DNA from: an uncultured Actinomycetota bacterium
GTDB taxonomy: Bacteria > Actinomycetota > Actinomycetes > Streptosporangiales > Streptosporangiaceae
Assembly (NCBI GenBank): GCA_963727015.1
Contig: CAVSEV010000012.1
Span: 214,131-278,130 of the forward strand
Direction of reading: 5' to 3'
DNA length: 64,000 bases
The notes beneath the pieces are model-generated. The model was given only the letters and a program-made list of their open reading frames with translations, searched no databases and had not been told where the DNA came from. Position numbers and translations under genes: made by a program. Below, one piece after another: positions 1 to 11,000 of the stretch (position 1 is the stretch's first letter; each line of letters opens with the position of its first letter).

Positions 1-349
1 GGCACAGGACCAGGTCGGCGCCCGCCTCGCCAGCGATCCCCGGCAGGTCGGCGACATCACCCTGGACCGCCATCAGCGGCACGCCCTGCTCCGCGGCGCG
101 GCGCTGCGCCGCGGCGAGTGAATCCGGGCTCGGGTCCACGACGGTCACCCGGTGGCCCAGGCAGGCGAGCGGCACGGCGAAGCCCCCCGTGCCCCCGCCC
201 GCGTCCAGGATGTCGAGATGCTCGCGCCCGGTCTGCTGCGCGCGCGCAGACGCGGCGCCGCGCAAGGCCGCCCATACCACCGCCGTGCGGGCCGCGTTGT
301 GCCTGCCCAGCTGGTCCTCGGCCACAGCCGTCCTCCTCGCCACGTCGCC
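1..349 (-). CDS. Class I SAM-dependent methyltransferase, 5' part only (gene continues off the left edge of the window)
   Basis: Reverse-complement of 1-349 (third minus frame, not the listed 57..1457 ORF) reads ...TAVVWAALRGAASARAQQTGREHLDILDAGGGTGGFAVPLACLGHRVTVVDPSPDSLAAAQRRAAEQGVPLMAVQGDVADLPGIAGEAGADLVLC. This has the LDxGxGxG motif I followed by the acidic motif II of Rossmann methyltransferases. The start is probably a GTG near 347. No in-frame stop before position 1. Confidence 0.45.
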
Positions 350-596
350 ACCCGCAGTCAAATGTAGTGGCGGGGCCGCTCAAGGCCGAATGATCTTGAT
401 GGTTGGAAGTTTGGGGGCGCGATAGCGCCCCCAAACTTCCAACCACGGCGACCGGCTCGGCATCGCTGGGCGGATCGATGCCCCTTATGACGCGAGCAGG
501 CCACCGGGTGAGACTGACGGTACGGGTTATGCCTGGCGGGTACGCTCGGGCCGGGCGCAGCACGGACACAACCAGCGCGGACGGGCGGGTGGGCGC

Positions 597-1166
597 ATGC
601 CAGCGGACGGAGACCGGCGTGGAGTGCTGTACGTGGTCGCCTGCGCCGCGCCGCCCGCGAGGGAGATCACCGAGCTTGTCACCAGGGCGCAGGACGCCGG
701 GTGGACGGTCTGCGTGGTCGTCACCCCGCAAGCGGTCAACTTCACCGACATTGCCGGTCTTGAGCTGCAGACGGGTTATCCCGTGCGGCACCAGTACAAG
801 CACCCGGACGAGCCGGACGTGCTGCCCGCGGCGGACGCCATGATCGTCTGTCCCGCCACCTTCAATACGATCAACAAGTGGGCGGCGGGGATCAGCGACA
901 CCCTGGCGGTCGGGCTCCTGACCGAGGCCATCGGCCTGCGACTGCCCCTGGTCGCGGTTCCGTCGGTGAACAGCGCGCAGGCGTTGCACCGCGCCTTCGC
1001 ACGTAGCCTGGCCGAGCTTCGGGCCATGGGTGTCACTGTCCTGTACGGGCCGGACCGCGAATCCGGCCCCGCCGGCGGCGGCAAGCCCGGTGTACCGGGC
1101 AGCGGCAAGGAGCCGTGGGACTGGGACATTCCGCTTACGGCCCTGCACGCCAGGCTGGCGCGGTAG
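597..1166 (+). CDS. Flavoprotein (HFCD / phosphopantothenoylcysteine-decarboxylase-like flavin-binding family)
   Basis: 189-aa ORF. VLYVVACAAPPA...VCVVVTPQA...MIVCPATFNTINKWAAGISDTL matches the FMN-binding fold of the flavoprotein/EpiD/Dfp family. Confidence 0.55.
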   Translation: MPADGDRRGVLYVVACAAPPAREITELVTRAQDAGWTVCVVVTPQAVNFTDIAGLELQTGYPVRHQYKHPDEPDVLPAADAMIVCPATFNTINKWAAGISDTLAVGLLTEAIGLRLPLVAVPSVNSAQALHRAFARSLAELRAMGVTVLYGPDRESGPAGGGKPGVPGSGKEPWDWDIPLTALHARLAR

Positions 1167-1232
1167 CCAGGCTCGCGGAATGATCAAGGAACAGCCCACC
1201 CGCGGCCGCCGGGCGCAGGGCAGGAGGAGGGC

Positions 1233-2819
1233 ATGCCCTTGCCGAAACTCGACCGCAAGCCTTTGTACGCGCCGCGCGGCGCCGTCGCGACCAGCCAGCC
1301 GCTCGCGGCCGCGGCCGGCCTGGGCGCGCTGCGCAGCGGCGGCAACGCCGTGGACGCCGCCATCGCCACCGCGATCACCCTGACCGTTGTGCAGCCTGCC
1401 TCCAACCACGTAGGCAGCGATCTGTTCGCCCTCGTCTGGGACGGCGAGCGGCTGCACGGGCTGAACGGGTCAGGGCGCGCCCCCGCCGCGCTCACTGCGG
1501 CCAAGGTCAGGAGTGGCGGGACGCAGGTCATGCCGCTGCGAGGCTGGTTGCCTGTGACCGTGCCCGGCGCACCAAGGGCCTGGCTGGATCTGCATGAACG
1601 GTTCGGCAGGCTGCCGTTCGAGGACCTTTTCACTGACGCGATCGAGTACGCCGAACGCGGTTACCCGGTGTCGCCGACCGCCGCGTACTACTGGCAGGAA
1701 GGGATCGCCGAGTCCGGGCGCCTGATCGGCCCCGAGTTCGAGGGTTTCCTGCCGATGTTCGCGCCCGGCGGGCGGGCGCCCGCCGCCGGGCAGCGCTGGC
1801 ACTGCGCAGATCTCGCGAGTGCGCTGCGCCGCATTGCCGCCACCGGCGCGGATGACATCTACACGGGCAAGACGGCAACCCAGATCGCCGCCTTCGCGCG
1901 GCGCACCGGCGGGTACCTGACCGAAGCCGACCTCGCCGGGCACACCAGCACGTGGGTGCAGCCCATCGCGGTGGCCTACCGCGGCTACGACGTGTGGGAA
2001 CTTCCGCCAAACGGCCAGGGCCTCGCCGCGCTGCTCGCGCTGAACATCCTCGGCGGGTTTGACGTGCCCTCCTACCAGTCGGGCGAGAGGTACCACCTGC
2101 AGATCGAGGCCGTCAAGCTCGCGCTTTGCGACGCGCACAGGTACATCGCCGACCCGGAGCACGCCGCGGTGCCTGTCGCGGGCTTGCTCTCCCCCGACTA
2201 CGCGCGGCAACGGCGCACGCTGATCGGTACCCGGGCGCTTGTGCCGCAACCAGGCGAGCCGGACCGCGGCGGTACTGTCTACCTGTGCGCCGCCGACGCT
2301 GATGGCGGCATGGTGAGCCTGATCCAGTCGAACTACCTGGGATTCGGCGCGCATATCGTCGCGCCGGGGACGGGCGTGTCGCTGCAATGCCGTGGCGCGG
2401 GCTTCTCGCTGGACGCAGATCATCCCAACTGCCTCGAGCCAGGCAAGCGCCCTTACCACACGATCATTCCCGGCTTCCTGACGCGCGACGGCCTGCCCGT
2501 AGGGCCGTTCGGGATCATGGGCGGGCACATGCAGCCGCAGGGACATCTGCAACTGATCAGCAATACGGTCGACTATGGCATGGATCCGCAGGCCGCGCTC
2601 GACGCGCCGCGCTGGTACTGGGCGCAGGATCGCCGCGTGCACGTCGAGCCGCAGGTGCCCGCGGCCATCCGCGCCGACCTCGCCGAGCGCGGCCACGAGA
2701 TAACGACGGACAACGCAGCCGATCTTGTCGGCTGCGGGCAGGTGATCTGGCGGCTGGCGGGCGGCGGCTACATCGCGGGTACCGAGCCCCGCGCCGACGG
2801 GTGCGCGCTCGGTTACTGA
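1233..2819 (+). CDS. ggt: Gamma-glutamyltranspeptidase
   Basis: 528 aa. N-terminal QPLAAAAGLGALRSGGNAVDAA and the autoproteolytic GGTVYLCAAD Thr nucleophile. Typical GGT length and C-terminal GGxxxG region. Confidence 0.85.
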   Translation: MPLPKLDRKPLYAPRGAVATSQPLAAAAGLGALRSGGNAVDAAIATAITLTVVQPASNHVGSDLFALVWDGERLHGLNGSGRAPAALTAAKVRSGGTQVMPLRGWLPVTVPGAPRAWLDLHERFGRLPFEDLFTDAIEYAERGYPVSPTAAYYWQEGIAESGRLIGPEFEGFLPMFAPGGRAPAAGQRWHCADLASALRRIAATGADDIYTGKTATQIAAFARRTGGYLTEADLAGHTSTWVQPIAVAYRGYDVWELPPNGQGLAALLALNILGGFDVPSYQSGERYHLQIEAVKLALCDAHRYIADPEHAAVPVAGLLSPDYARQRRTLIGTRALVPQPGEPDRGGTVYLCAADADGGMVSLIQSNYLGFGAHIVAPGTGVSLQCRGAGFSLDADHPNCLEPGKRPYHTIIPGFLTRDGLPVGPFGIMGGHMQPQGHLQLISNTVDYGMDPQAALDAPRWYWAQDRRVHVEPQVPAAIRADLAERGHEITTDNAADLVGCGQVIWRLAGGGYIAGTEPRADGCALGY

Positions 2820-3235
2820 GGCTGCTCGGTGGCCGGCTGCCGCTTCAGCTCGAGCACACGGGCGAGCAGGCCGTTGACGAAGGCGGACGACTCCTCGGTG
2901 GAAAGGTCTCCCGCGAGCAGCACGGCCTCGCTGATCGCGACGCCGTCGGGTACGGAGTCGGCATACAGCAGCTCGAACACGCCAATCCGCAGGATGTTCC
3001 TGTCGACCGCGGGCATCCGGTCGAGCGGCCAGCCCGCCGAATAGCCGGACAGCAGCGCGTCGATTCGGTCTCTATGCGCTTGCACTCCGCGTACCAGTTC
3101 CGCGGCGTATTCCGGAACTGGCGGGCTGGCCTGCGCCGTCCGCTCGGCGAGCACGTCGGTTACCGGCGCCCCACGCAGTTCCGCCTCGAACAGCACGTCA
3201 AGCGCGCGCTTACGGGCCTTGCTTCGCGCAGCCAC
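2813..3235 (-). CDS. nusB: Transcription antitermination factor NusB
   Basis: 140 aa, ARSKARKRALDVLFEAELRG...AVDRNILRIGVFELLY. Lies immediately downstream of efp, which is the conserved efp-nusB pair. Confidence 0.9.
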   Translation of the reverse strand: MAARSKARKRALDVLFEAELRGAPVTDVLAERTAQASPPVPEYAAELVRGVQAHRDRIDALLSGYSAGWPLDRMPAVDRNILRIGVFELLYADSVPDGVAISEAVLLAGDLSTEESSAFVNGLLARVLELKRQPATEQPQ

Positions 3236-3283
3236 CGCTGACCGCCACCTTTCAATGCCCGATTCTTAACGGCTGCGCGGGTG

Positions 3284-3841
3284 TCATGCGCGCCCGAGGT
3301 AGTCACCGCTGCGCGTGTCGACCTTGATCTTTTCGCCGGTCGTGATGAAAAGCGGCACCTGCACCTGCGCGCCGGTCTCCAGCGTTGCGGGCTTGGTGCC
3401 GCCGGTGGACCTGTCACCCTGAATGCCCGGATCAGTCTGGCTGACGGTCAGTTCGACCGCGGCGGGAAGCTCGACGTACAGCGGGTTACCCTCGTTAAAC
3501 GCGATCGTGGCCGTCTGTTCCTCGAGCAGGTAGTCGGCGGCGTTGCCGACGACGCCGGCCGGGATGTGCGGCTGGTCGTAGTCCTGGGTGTCCATGAAGA
3601 CGAAATCGCCGCCCTCACGGTAGAGGTATTGCATCTCGCGCTTGTCGACGTTGGCGACGTCGACCTTGACCCCTGCGTTGAACGTCCTGTCGACCACCTT
3701 GCCCGACAGTACGTTCTTCAGCCTCGTCCGCACGAAGGCGCCGCCCTTACCCGGCTTGACGTGCTGGAAGTCGACAATGTTCCAGAGCTGCCCGTCGAGA
3801 TTCAGGGTCATGCCGTTCTTCAGGTCGTTCGTGGTGGCCAC
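3284..3841 (-). CDS. efp: Elongation factor P
   Basis: Internal GTG start gives [51 protein letters not shown], 185 aa, including the KPGKGG loop. The listed ORF (to 4033) is an upstream extension. Confidence 0.9.
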   Translation of the reverse strand: MATTNDLKNGMTLNLDGQLWNIVDFQHVKPGKGGAFVRTRLKNVLSGKVVDRTFNAGVKVDVANVDKREMQYLYREGGDFVFMDTQDYDQPHIPAGVVGNAADYLLEEQTATIAFNEGNPLYVELPAAVELTVSQTDPGIQGDRSTGGTKPATLETGAQVQVPLFITTGEKIKVDTRSGDYLGRA

Positions 3842-3869
3842 GTCTGTCTCCCGCAAGCGGTGCCACCCG

Positions 3870-5030
3870 TCACAAAACGAGCAGCTCCTTGGTGGTTGTG
3901 GTGAGGAGTTCTCCAGGTCCCCGTGAGCGCACCACCAGGGTGTCCTCGATCCGGACACCGCCCTTGCCTGGCAGGTAGATTCCTGGCTCAACAGTGATGG
4001 GAACTCGGTCCCCGAGTGTACCGGTCCCTTCATGGTGCAGCAGCGGCGCCTCGTGGATCTCCAAGCCGATTCCGTGGCCGAGCCCGTGGCCGAAATGCTC
4101 GCCGTAACCTGCCGCCGCGATCAGATCGCGGGCTGCCGCGTCCACCTGCGCGACGGGTGCCCCTGGCCGCGCCGCGTCCACACCGGCCCGCTGCGCCGCC
4201 GCCACGACCCGGTAGACGTCCCGCTGCCAGCCCGCGGGCTCGCCGACCGCGACGGTCCTGGTCAGGTCCGCGTGGTAGCCGCGGTAGCAGGCACCGAGGT
4301 CCATCGTGACCAGGTCGCCGAGCTGCAGGGCCCGGCTGGTGGGCACGTGATGCGGGATGGCGCCGTTTGGCCCGCTGGCGACGATCGTGGCGAAGCCGGG
4401 CTTGTCGGCACCCAGCTCCACCATCCGCTGTTCGAGCGCGATCGCGAGCTGCTTTTCTGTGCGACCGGGACGGATTGACGGCAGCGTCTCGTCGAGCGCC
4501 TGGCAGGTGAGCCTGCAGGCGACAGCGATCACGGTGATTTCTTCCTCGTCTTTGACCACGCGCAGCTGTTCCACCGCCCTGCCGAGGGGTGCGAGCTCGA
4601 TCTCCGGTGTGCCCGCGGCCAGCGCCGCGTGCTGCTCCACCGTCATCGCGTGCGCCTCGAAGAGCACCCGGCGCAGTCCGCGGGAAGCCGCGCGTGCGGC
4701 CAAACCGGCGGCGACGTTCCTGGTGGTGAGGAGTTCCATGTCGGGGCAGTCACGCTCGGCCGCGAGGGCGTACCTGCTGTCGGTGGCGAGCACCGCGGCC
4801 GCTGCGGGCGGTCCTGCGTTTGCCGCGGTCACGAGCAGGGCCGCGTTGGAACTGGCGAGGCCCGTCAGGTAGCGGACATTGGCCAGGTGGGTGATGAGCG
4901 CGGCACCGGCGCCCGCTTTCGCGACCTTGGCGGCAAGGAGTCCCCTGCGTGCGGCATGAGCGTCCGGCATGCCCCGACTGTACGCACCCGGCGCCTCGGC
5001 CACATCAGTGCCGCGGATCGCACGTGCCAT
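3870..5030 (-). CDS. Xaa-Pro aminopeptidase (M24B family, PepP/PepQ-like)
   Basis: 386 aa. The metal-binding motifs of M24 peptidases are present ([36 protein letters not shown]...GVRIED). Position upstream of efp matches the conserved aroB-aroQ-pepQ-efp-nusB arrangement. True start may be the internal [10 protein letters not shown]. Confidence 0.8.
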   Translation of the reverse strand: MARAIRGTDVAEAPGAYSRGMPDAHAARRGLLAAKVAKAGAGAALITHLANVRYLTGLASSNAALLVTAANAGPPAAAAVLATDSRYALAAERDCPDMELLTTRNVAAGLAARAASRGLRRVLFEAHAMTVEQHAALAAGTPEIELAPLGRAVEQLRVVKDEEEITVIAVACRLTCQALDETLPSIRPGRTEKQLAIALEQRMVELGADKPGFATIVASGPNGAIPHHVPTSRALQLGDLVTMDLGACYRGYHADLTRTVAVGEPAGWQRDVYRVVAAAQRAGVDAARPGAPVAQVDAAARDLIAAAGYGEHFGHGLGHGIGLEIHEAPLLHHEGTGTLGDRVPITVEPGIYLPGKGGVRIEDTLVVRSRGPGELLTTTTKELLVL

Positions 5031-5107
5031 AGCCCACCCGATCCGCGGCGCTGACAGCTCTCCACAGGTAGCTGCCAGTTTGCACGATAGCTGTCAGGCA
5101 GCAACTG

Positions 5108-6157
5108 TCAGGTAGCGAGGTCGCGGATCCGCTCGATCAGGCGCACCCGCTCGGCGTGGCTTGGCGCGACCGGGGTGACGTTGAGGGTGGTGACGCCGGC
5201 CTGTTTCAGCGCGGCGAGCCGCTCACGCAGGTAGGGCTCCGGCCCCACCAGCGAGGTACCCGCGAGCAGTTCACGCGGCACGGCAGCCGCAGCCTCGTCC
5301 TTCTTGCCGTCCAGGTAAAGGTCCTGAATATCCTTGGCCTGCGCCTCGAAGCCATACCTGCAGGCGAGGTCGTTGTAGAAGTTGCGGCCCCGCGCGCCCA
5401 TGCCGCCGATGTAGAGGGCAAGCACCGGGCGGAAGAAGTCCAGCACGCCCTCGGTGTCGTCGCCGATCGCCAGTGGCGCCTGGGCGATGACATCGAGCGG
5501 CCCCAGCCGGGCGTCACGCAAGGCCTGACCAGCCGCGAGCGCCTCTGCCCATACGGCGGATGCCTTCTCCGGCAGGAAAAAGATCGGTTCCCAGCCTTCC
5601 GCGAGTTCAGCGGTCATCGTCACGTTCTTGGGCCCGATCGCGGCCACGACGATCGGGATGCGCTCACGCACCGGATGGTTGATCAGCTTGAGCGGCTTGC
5701 CGAGCCCGGTTCCCGCGTCAGGCGGCAACGGGATCGTGTAGTAACGCCCCTCATGAGTGAGCCGCTCGCGGCGCCACACCTTGCGGCAGATCTCGATGAT
5801 CTCCCTGGTGCGCCCGAGCGGCGCGTCGTAACGGACACCGTGCCAGCCCTCGATCACTTGCGGTCCTGAAGCGCCGATACCGAGCACGAACCTGCCGCCC
5901 GAGACGTAGTCCAGGCCGGCCGCCGTCATCGCGGTCAGGGTCGGCGTCCTCGAATAAAGCTGCAGGATCCCCGACGCGAGCTGCAGGCGCTCGGTCTTCG
6001 CCGCGAGGTAGCCGAGCTGGCTCACCGCATCGAAGCTGTACGCCTCGGGCACGAACACGATCTCCAGGCCCGCCTTCTCGAAATCGGCAAGCTCGCCGGC
6101 GGTCTCGGCGAAACCACCCGCATAGCCCAGGGGCATCCCGATTCGCATGCGCCGCAC
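5108..6157 (-). CDS. LLM-class (luciferase-like) F420/flavin-dependent oxidoreductase
   Basis: 349 aa. MRIGMPLGY...LEIVFVPEAYSFDAVSQLGYLAAKTERLQLASGI...GGRFVLGIGASGPQVIEGWHG is the typical LLM TIM-barrel signature. Confidence 0.7.
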   Translation of the reverse strand: MRRMRIGMPLGYAGGFAETAGELADFEKAGLEIVFVPEAYSFDAVSQLGYLAAKTERLQLASGILQLYSRTPTLTAMTAAGLDYVSGGRFVLGIGASGPQVIEGWHGVRYDAPLGRTREIIEICRKVWRRERLTHEGRYYTIPLPPDAGTGLGKPLKLINHPVRERIPIVVAAIGPKNVTMTAELAEGWEPIFFLPEKASAVWAEALAAGQALRDARLGPLDVIAQAPLAIGDDTEGVLDFFRPVLALYIGGMGARGRNFYNDLACRYGFEAQAKDIQDLYLDGKKDEAAAAVPRELLAGTSLVGPEPYLRERLAALKQAGVTTLNVTPVAPSHAERVRLIERIRDLAT

Positions 6158-6232
6158 CTTTCACGTGCTCCGCAGGGCCGAATGTCGTTCGGCTTACTAC
6201 TGCAGAGTAGCGGCTAGCACCGTTGCCGCCCG

Positions 6233-6688
6233 CTAACGCGTGCTGTCTCCCCGGTCGGCGATCATGTCGGCGATCGCCTGCAGGGCAAGCTGATAGGACC
6301 TAAGCCCGAATCCGGCGATCGTGCCGTCCGCCACCCCGGCCACTACCGACTTCTGCCGGAACGCCGCACGGGCGGCGGGGTTGGAGATATGCACCTCGAT
6401 GAGCGGCGCGGTCCGCTGCGCAAGCGCGTCCCGCAGCGCATAGGAGTAGTGCGTGAACGCCGCGGCGTTGAGCACTACCGGCAGCCGTGCGTCGGCGGCC
6501 TCATGCACCCAGTGCACAAGCTCGGCCTCGTCGTCGGTCTGGCGCAGGTCGACGTCAAGGCCGAGTGCGCGGCCGTTAGCCCGGCACAGGTCGGTTAGCT
6601 CGCTCAGCGACGCCGTGCCGTACACCTCGGGCTCACGGGAACCGAGCCTGCCGAGATTAGGCCCATTCAGCACGAGTACCCGTCTCAT
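6233..6688 (-). CDS. aroQ: Type II 3-dehydroquinate dehydratase
   Basis: Internal start [24 protein letters not shown]...HISNPAARAAFR (151 aa). The ATG at 6688-6686 overlaps the aroB stop (ATGA), i.e. translational coupling. The listed ORF has a spurious N-terminal extension. Confidence 0.9.
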   Translation of the reverse strand: MRRVLVLNGPNLGRLGSREPEVYGTASLSELTDLCRANGRALGLDVDLRQTDDEAELVHWVHEAADARLPVVLNAAAFTHYSYALRDALAQRTAPLIEVHISNPAARAAFRQKSVVAGVADGTIAGFGLRSYQLALQAIADMIADRGDSTR

Positions 6689-7770
6689 GGCGCGCTCACC
6701 TCCGCGTAGGCGGCGGCGAGGAGTTCTTCTGGCGGGTCGTCGAATATCCCTGGCTTGGCGAGGCCGTCGAGCACCACTAGCCGGAGCCTTGCGCCGCGCA
6801 CCTTCTTGTCCACGGCCATGGCGGCGCGCAACTGCGGCCATGCCCCGCGGCGGTAGACCGTCGGCAGCCCGACGGCGGCGAGCAGGGAGGCGTGCCGTGC
6901 GGCGGTGCCGTTGTCGAGCCGGCCGGTCATCCGGGCGAGCGCGGCCGCGTAGACCATGCCGATGGCGACCGCGTCACCGTGCCTGAACCGGTACTCCTCG
7001 GCATGCTCGATCGCATGGCCGAGCGTGTGCCCGTAGTTGAGAATCTCGCGCAGGCCGGTCTCACGAAGATCGGCCGAGACTACCTGCGCCTTCATCCGCA
7101 CCGCCTTTTCCACAAGCTGCCGTGTGTGCGGCCCGTCGGGTGAACGGGCGCCCTGCGGGTCATCCTCGATCAGATCCAGGATGACCGGATCCGCGATGAA
7201 CCCCGCCTTGATGACCTCGGCGAGGCCGCTCACATACTCCGCGCGCGGCAGCGACACCAGCGTGGTCAGGTCGCAAAGGACGCCTGCGGGCGGATGGAAC
7301 GCGCCGACCAGGTTCTTGCCTGCCGCGATGTTCACCGCCGTTTTGCCGCCTATGGCGGCGTCAACCATCGCGAGCAGGGTGGTGGGGAGCAAGACGAGCC
7401 TGACGCCGCGCAGCCAGGTGGCTGCGACGAAACCCGCGAGGTCGGTGACCGCTCCCCCGCCGACCGCGACGACGGCGTCGGTGCGGCTGATGCCGCCGCG
7501 TGCCAGCCCTGACCACACCGCTGACGCCACACCGATCTCCTTCGCGGCCTCGCCGCCGGCCACCTGCAGCGCGCACACGCGAAAGCCGGCCGCTTCAAGG
7601 GCCACGTGCACGGGCCTCGCGACCTCACCGAGGCCTGCCGCGTGAATCAGCGCGACCGACCGGGCGCCTGGTCCCACCAGGCCGGGCAATTCGCTCAGCA
7701 CGCCAGCGCCGATGACGACCGGGTACGCCGCGCTGCCGCTTACTCCGCCGACGTCGATTCGCGTGGTCAC
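6685..7770 (-). CDS. aroB: 3-dehydroquinate synthase
   Basis: 361 aa. [47 protein letters not shown] and the HTLGHAIE metal-binding motif. Confidence 0.9.
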   Translation of the reverse strand: MTTRIDVGGVSGSAAYPVVIGAGVLSELPGLVGPGARSVALIHAAGLGEVARPVHVALEAAGFRVCALQVAGGEAAKEIGVASAVWSGLARGGISRTDAVVAVGGGAVTDLAGFVAATWLRGVRLVLLPTTLLAMVDAAIGGKTAVNIAAGKNLVGAFHPPAGVLCDLTTLVSLPRAEYVSGLAEVIKAGFIADPVILDLIEDDPQGARSPDGPHTRQLVEKAVRMKAQVVSADLRETGLREILNYGHTLGHAIEHAEEYRFRHGDAVAIGMVYAAALARMTGRLDNGTAARHASLLAAVGLPTVYRRGAWPQLRAAMAVDKKVRGARLRLVVLDGLAKPGIFDDPPEELLAAAYAEVSAP

Positions 7771-8417
7771 CCGCGCGGCCCATTCGATCTATCCCCCACG
7801 GACGCAGCGGCGATCTTCGCTGCGATCTCGTCCGCGACTTCCTCCGGCGCGTAGTCGTCCGTCTCCACGATCCAGGTGGCGAGGCTCTGGTAGACGGGCA
7901 GTCGCTCCGCGAGCAGTGCCTTGAGCTGCGCACGCGGGTTGCCGATCAGCAGCGGCCTCGGCCGGTCAAGCCCGTTGCGATGGGCCAGCGCGGGCAGGCC
8001 GGTCTCGAGGTAGGCGACGGTCCGGCCGCCGAGCAGGCGCTGGGCGCGCGGGTCAAGCACCGCGCCGCCGCCGAGTGCGAGCACGCCACGATGCTCCCGC
8101 AGCGCCGCAGCCACTGCCTGCCGCTCAAGATCGCGGAAAGCGGGCTCGCCGTCCTGCACGAATATGTCGGCAACGGGCTTGCCGGCGGCCGTTTCCACAT
8201 CGTCGTCCGTGTCGCGAAACGGCACGCCGAGCAGGCTGGCAAGCAGCGAGCCCACGGTGGACTTACCCGCACCTGGCGGGCCGATCAGCACCACCACCGG
8301 CCCGTCGCTGCTCGCCGCGTCGCTGCTGGCCGGGTCACTGCTGGCCGGCCCGCTCTCGGCTGGCCCGCTCTCGGCGCGCCCGCTCTCGGCTGGCCCGCTC
8401 TCGGCTGCCCCACTCAC
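7767..8417 (-). CDS. aroK: Shikimate kinase with a repetitive (AESGP)n/ASSD N-terminal extension
   Basis: [35 protein letters not shown] is the P-loop/shikimate-kinase core. The N-terminal 40 aa are encoded by 15-nt tandem repeats (8330-8420). The true start may lie after the repeats. Confidence 0.85.
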   Translation of the reverse strand: MSGAAESGPAESGRAESGPAESGPASSDPASSDAASSDGPVVVLIGPPGAGKSTVGSLLASLLGVPFRDTDDDVETAAGKPVADIFVQDGEPAFRDLERQAVAAALREHRGVLALGGGAVLDPRAQRLLGGRTVAYLETGLPALAHRNGLDRPRPLLIGNPRAQLKALLAERLPVYQSLATWIVETDDYAPEEVADEIAAKIAAASVGDRSNGPRG

Positions 8418-8497
8418 AACTGCTCCGTCCCGCGATCACGATTGGCTGCCTTCGCGCATCAGCTGCGCAAACCTTCATTTTGCCGTGATTGTTGCCG

Positions 8498-9712
8498 TCA
8501 TGTTGGCCACCCGGTTGACAGCTGAGACAGCGAGGTCAGGTACCCGCGAAGGTTGCGCGCGGACTCGTCGACCGAGTCACCGCCGAACTTCTCCACGGTG
8601 GCGTCGGCCAGCACCAGCGCAACCATCGACTCCGCGACCACCCCGGCGGCCGGCACCGCCGTGATGTCGCTGCGCTGGTTGATGGCCTTGGCTGGCGCGC
8701 CAGTACGCATGTCGACCGTGTCCAGAGCCCGCGGCACCGTCGAGATCGGCTTCATCGCGGCCCGCACCCTGAGCACCTCGCCAGTGCTGATGCCACCCTC
8801 GATGCCACCGGCCCGGTTGGTCCGCCGCCGGAGCCCGCCAGCTTGCGCGCTGCCGGTTCCGCTCAACTCAATCTCGTCGTGGGCCCGCGATCCACGGCGC
8901 CGCGCGGTCTCGAATCCGTCGCCTATCTCGACGCCCTTGATCGCCTGGATTCCCATCAGCGCCGCGGCCAGCCGCCCATCTAGCCGCCTGTCCCAATGCA
9001 CGTGGCTGCCAAGCCCGGCTGGCAGGCCGTAGCTTACGACCTCAACCACGCCGCCGAGCGTGTCGCCGTCGTTGCGGGCCGCGTCGATCTCGGCGACCAT
9101 CGCAGCGCTCGCCTGCGGATCGGCGCAGCGGACGGGGTCGGCGTCCACCCGCGCCAGGTCCGCAGGCTGCGGGACCAGGCCATCGGGCACCTGCACCGGG
9201 CCGAGCGCCACCACGTGGCTCAATATCTCTATTCCCGACACCTGGCGCAGAAATGCGCGTGCCACCTCGCCGAGCGCGACCCGCGCCGCGGTTTCCCTCG
9301 CGCTTGCCCGCTCCAGAATCGCGCGCGCGTCAGCCTCCCCGTACTTTTGCATGCCGGCCAGGTCGGCGTGGCCTGGCCGCGGCCGCGAGAGCGGCGCGTT
9401 CCTTGCCTGGTCGGCGAGAGCCTCTGGATCGACAGGATCGGCGGACATCACCACTTGCCATTTTGGCCATTCGGTGTTGGCGATCTTGATCGCGACCGGG
9501 CTGCCGAGGGTTCGGCCGTGCCGCACCCCACCGATGATCTCGACCTCGTCCTGCTCGAACTTCATCCGAGCGCCGCGTCCGTAACCGGCCCGCCGGCGCA
9601 TCAATGCAGCGGAGATGTCGCTTGTGCTGGTCAGCACGCCCGCGGGCAGGCCCTCCAGGATCGCAACAAGGGCAGGGCCATGTGACTCCCCCGCGGTCAG
9701 CCAGCGCAACAT
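8498..9712 (-). CDS. aroC: Chorismate synthase
   Basis: 404 aa. [26 protein letters not shown] is the canonical AroC N-terminus. Completes the aroC-aroK-aroB-aroQ order. Confidence 0.9.
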   Translation of the reverse strand: MLRWLTAGESHGPALVAILEGLPAGVLTSTSDISAALMRRRAGYGRGARMKFEQDEVEIIGGVRHGRTLGSPVAIKIANTEWPKWQVVMSADPVDPEALADQARNAPLSRPRPGHADLAGMQKYGEADARAILERASARETAARVALGEVARAFLRQVSGIEILSHVVALGPVQVPDGLVPQPADLARVDADPVRCADPQASAAMVAEIDAARNDGDTLGGVVEVVSYGLPAGLGSHVHWDRRLDGRLAAALMGIQAIKGVEIGDGFETARRRGSRAHDEIELSGTGSAQAGGLRRRTNRAGGIEGGISTGEVLRVRAAMKPISTVPRALDTVDMRTGAPAKAINQRSDITAVPAAGVVAESMVALVLADATVEKFGGDSVDESARNLRGYLTSLSQLSTGWPT

Positions 9713-10002
9713 GGTGCCGATCCTGCCATGCGCGCGGGCAGAACCGCGTGCCAGGGGCGGCCGCCCAGATCGGTGAACCCGTGATGTGGTTGCCGAGCCG
9801 CGGGTGCCGGGCGGGAGACAAATGGCGGTTGGCGCCCTTCCGCCGCGAATAGAAGCGAAAAAAAAGAAACTTCTCGGGCGGCATTTGACTGTCGCTTTGC
9901 TCCGAGCAGGGTATCGCTAAGAAACGGGGGGCGAAGTGGATCTCCATATGCGGTTCGCCCGCTTTGCAATTACACAACGGCACATAAAGTGTCATCGGGG
10001 GA

Positions 10003-10626
10003 ATGTACATGAAGACCATTCGGCACGTTCTGCCGGGCGCCGCGCTCGGCGCGGCCCTGCTTGGCCTGAGCACACCCAGCATCGCGCTTGCCACGTCCGG
10101 CGGCGCCTATCCAGCGTCGGTCACCAGGGGCAGCGTGGTCCCTGTCAGCGGCTCGGCCCTTGGCTCGGCCAACGCGACAGGCGACGCCGCCCAGTCGCGG
10201 ACCATAACGCTCGGGAGAACTGACGGGCCGCCTCCCAAGCATCGCGGGCATGGCGGGCATCCGGGAGGGCCACCCAAGCCCAAGCCACCCAAGCCGCCCA
10301 AGCCACCGAAGCCGCCCAAGCCCAAGCCGCCCAAGCCACCCACGCCACCCAAGCCCAAGCCGCCCAAGCCACCCACACCACCGAAGCCGCCCACACCACC
10401 GAAGCCAACCCACACGCCTCCGCCACCTCCTCCGCCTCCGCCACCGGGCCCTAAGCCACCGGTGCCGCCCCCGCCGCACCACCTGCCACCTGGCGGGCCC
10501 GCGACGGGTGACGGCACGACCTCAAGCGGCTCGGACAGCCCGCTCGTCGCTGGCGGCATCGCGATCGCCGGTCTCGGCGGCCTGGCCGGGATCGTCGCGG
10601 CGCGACGTCGGCGCGCGGGAGCCTGA
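10003..10626 (+). CDS. Secreted proline-rich (PKPP-repeat) surface protein with a C-terminal sorting-signal-like anchor (copy 1)
   Basis: 207 aa. Signal peptide MYMKTIRHVLPGAALGAALLGLSTPSIALA, then (PKPPKPP)n and polyP, then HHLPPGGPATGDG..., a hydrophobic segment GGIAIAGLGGLAGIVAA and an RRRR tail. This is the architecture of a cell-wall sorting signal. RBS GGGGGAATGTAtATG. Confidence 0.6.
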   Translation: MYMKTIRHVLPGAALGAALLGLSTPSIALATSGGAYPASVTRGSVVPVSGSALGSANATGDAAQSRTITLGRTDGPPPKHRGHGGHPGGPPKPKPPKPPKPPKPPKPKPPKPPTPPKPKPPKPPTPPKPPTPPKPTHTPPPPPPPPPPGPKPPVPPPPHHLPPGGPATGDGTTSSGSDSPLVAGGIAIAGLGGLAGIVAARRRRAGA

Positions 10627-10631
10627 AGCTG

Positions 10632-10823
10632 ATGCAGCGCGGCCAGGGCGGCGGCTTCCTGCTGGAGGCCGCCGCCCTTGCCTTCTCGCGGCCGTGGTGG
10701 CGGTCGCCATCATCGGCTGGCAACCGCGCTGCGCACCGCCCCTTGCACCTGCGCAACGCGTTTGCCAATCCTGCCATGTGCGCGGGGACTACCTGCGCCA
10801 GGGCAGCGCGCGCGCCCAAATGA
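10632..10823 (+). pseudogene. Truncated/frameshifted remnant of a class F sortase (5' about 150 nt only)
   Basis: MQRGQGGGFLLEAAALA... is about 85% nt-identical to the 5' end of the intact sortase at 11696. A 1-nt indel shifts the frame (the alternative frame reads LLAAVVAVAIIGWQP). No catalytic region follows. Instead the upstream region of copy 2 begins at about 10843. Confidence 0.45.
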
Positions 10824-11000
10824 CGGGCGGCGCCCTTCCATAGCGAACAAAGAAGCGAAAAAGAAGAAATCTCGAATGGATTTTCACCGTGGCTTTGCTC
10901 TTGGCGGGGTATCGCTAACGACTGGGGCGCGAAGTGGATCGCCATTTGCGATTCGTCCGCTTTGCAATTAAACAACGGCACATAAAGTGTCATCGGGGGA

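Noticed and set aside
57-1457. 466-aa minus-strand ORF spanning the flavoprotein gene and the methyltransferase region
   Set aside because: Its composition is Arg/Gly/Ala junk typical of a shadow frame in GC-rich DNA. The plus-strand flavoprotein and a different minus frame (the methyltransferase) give recognisable proteins.
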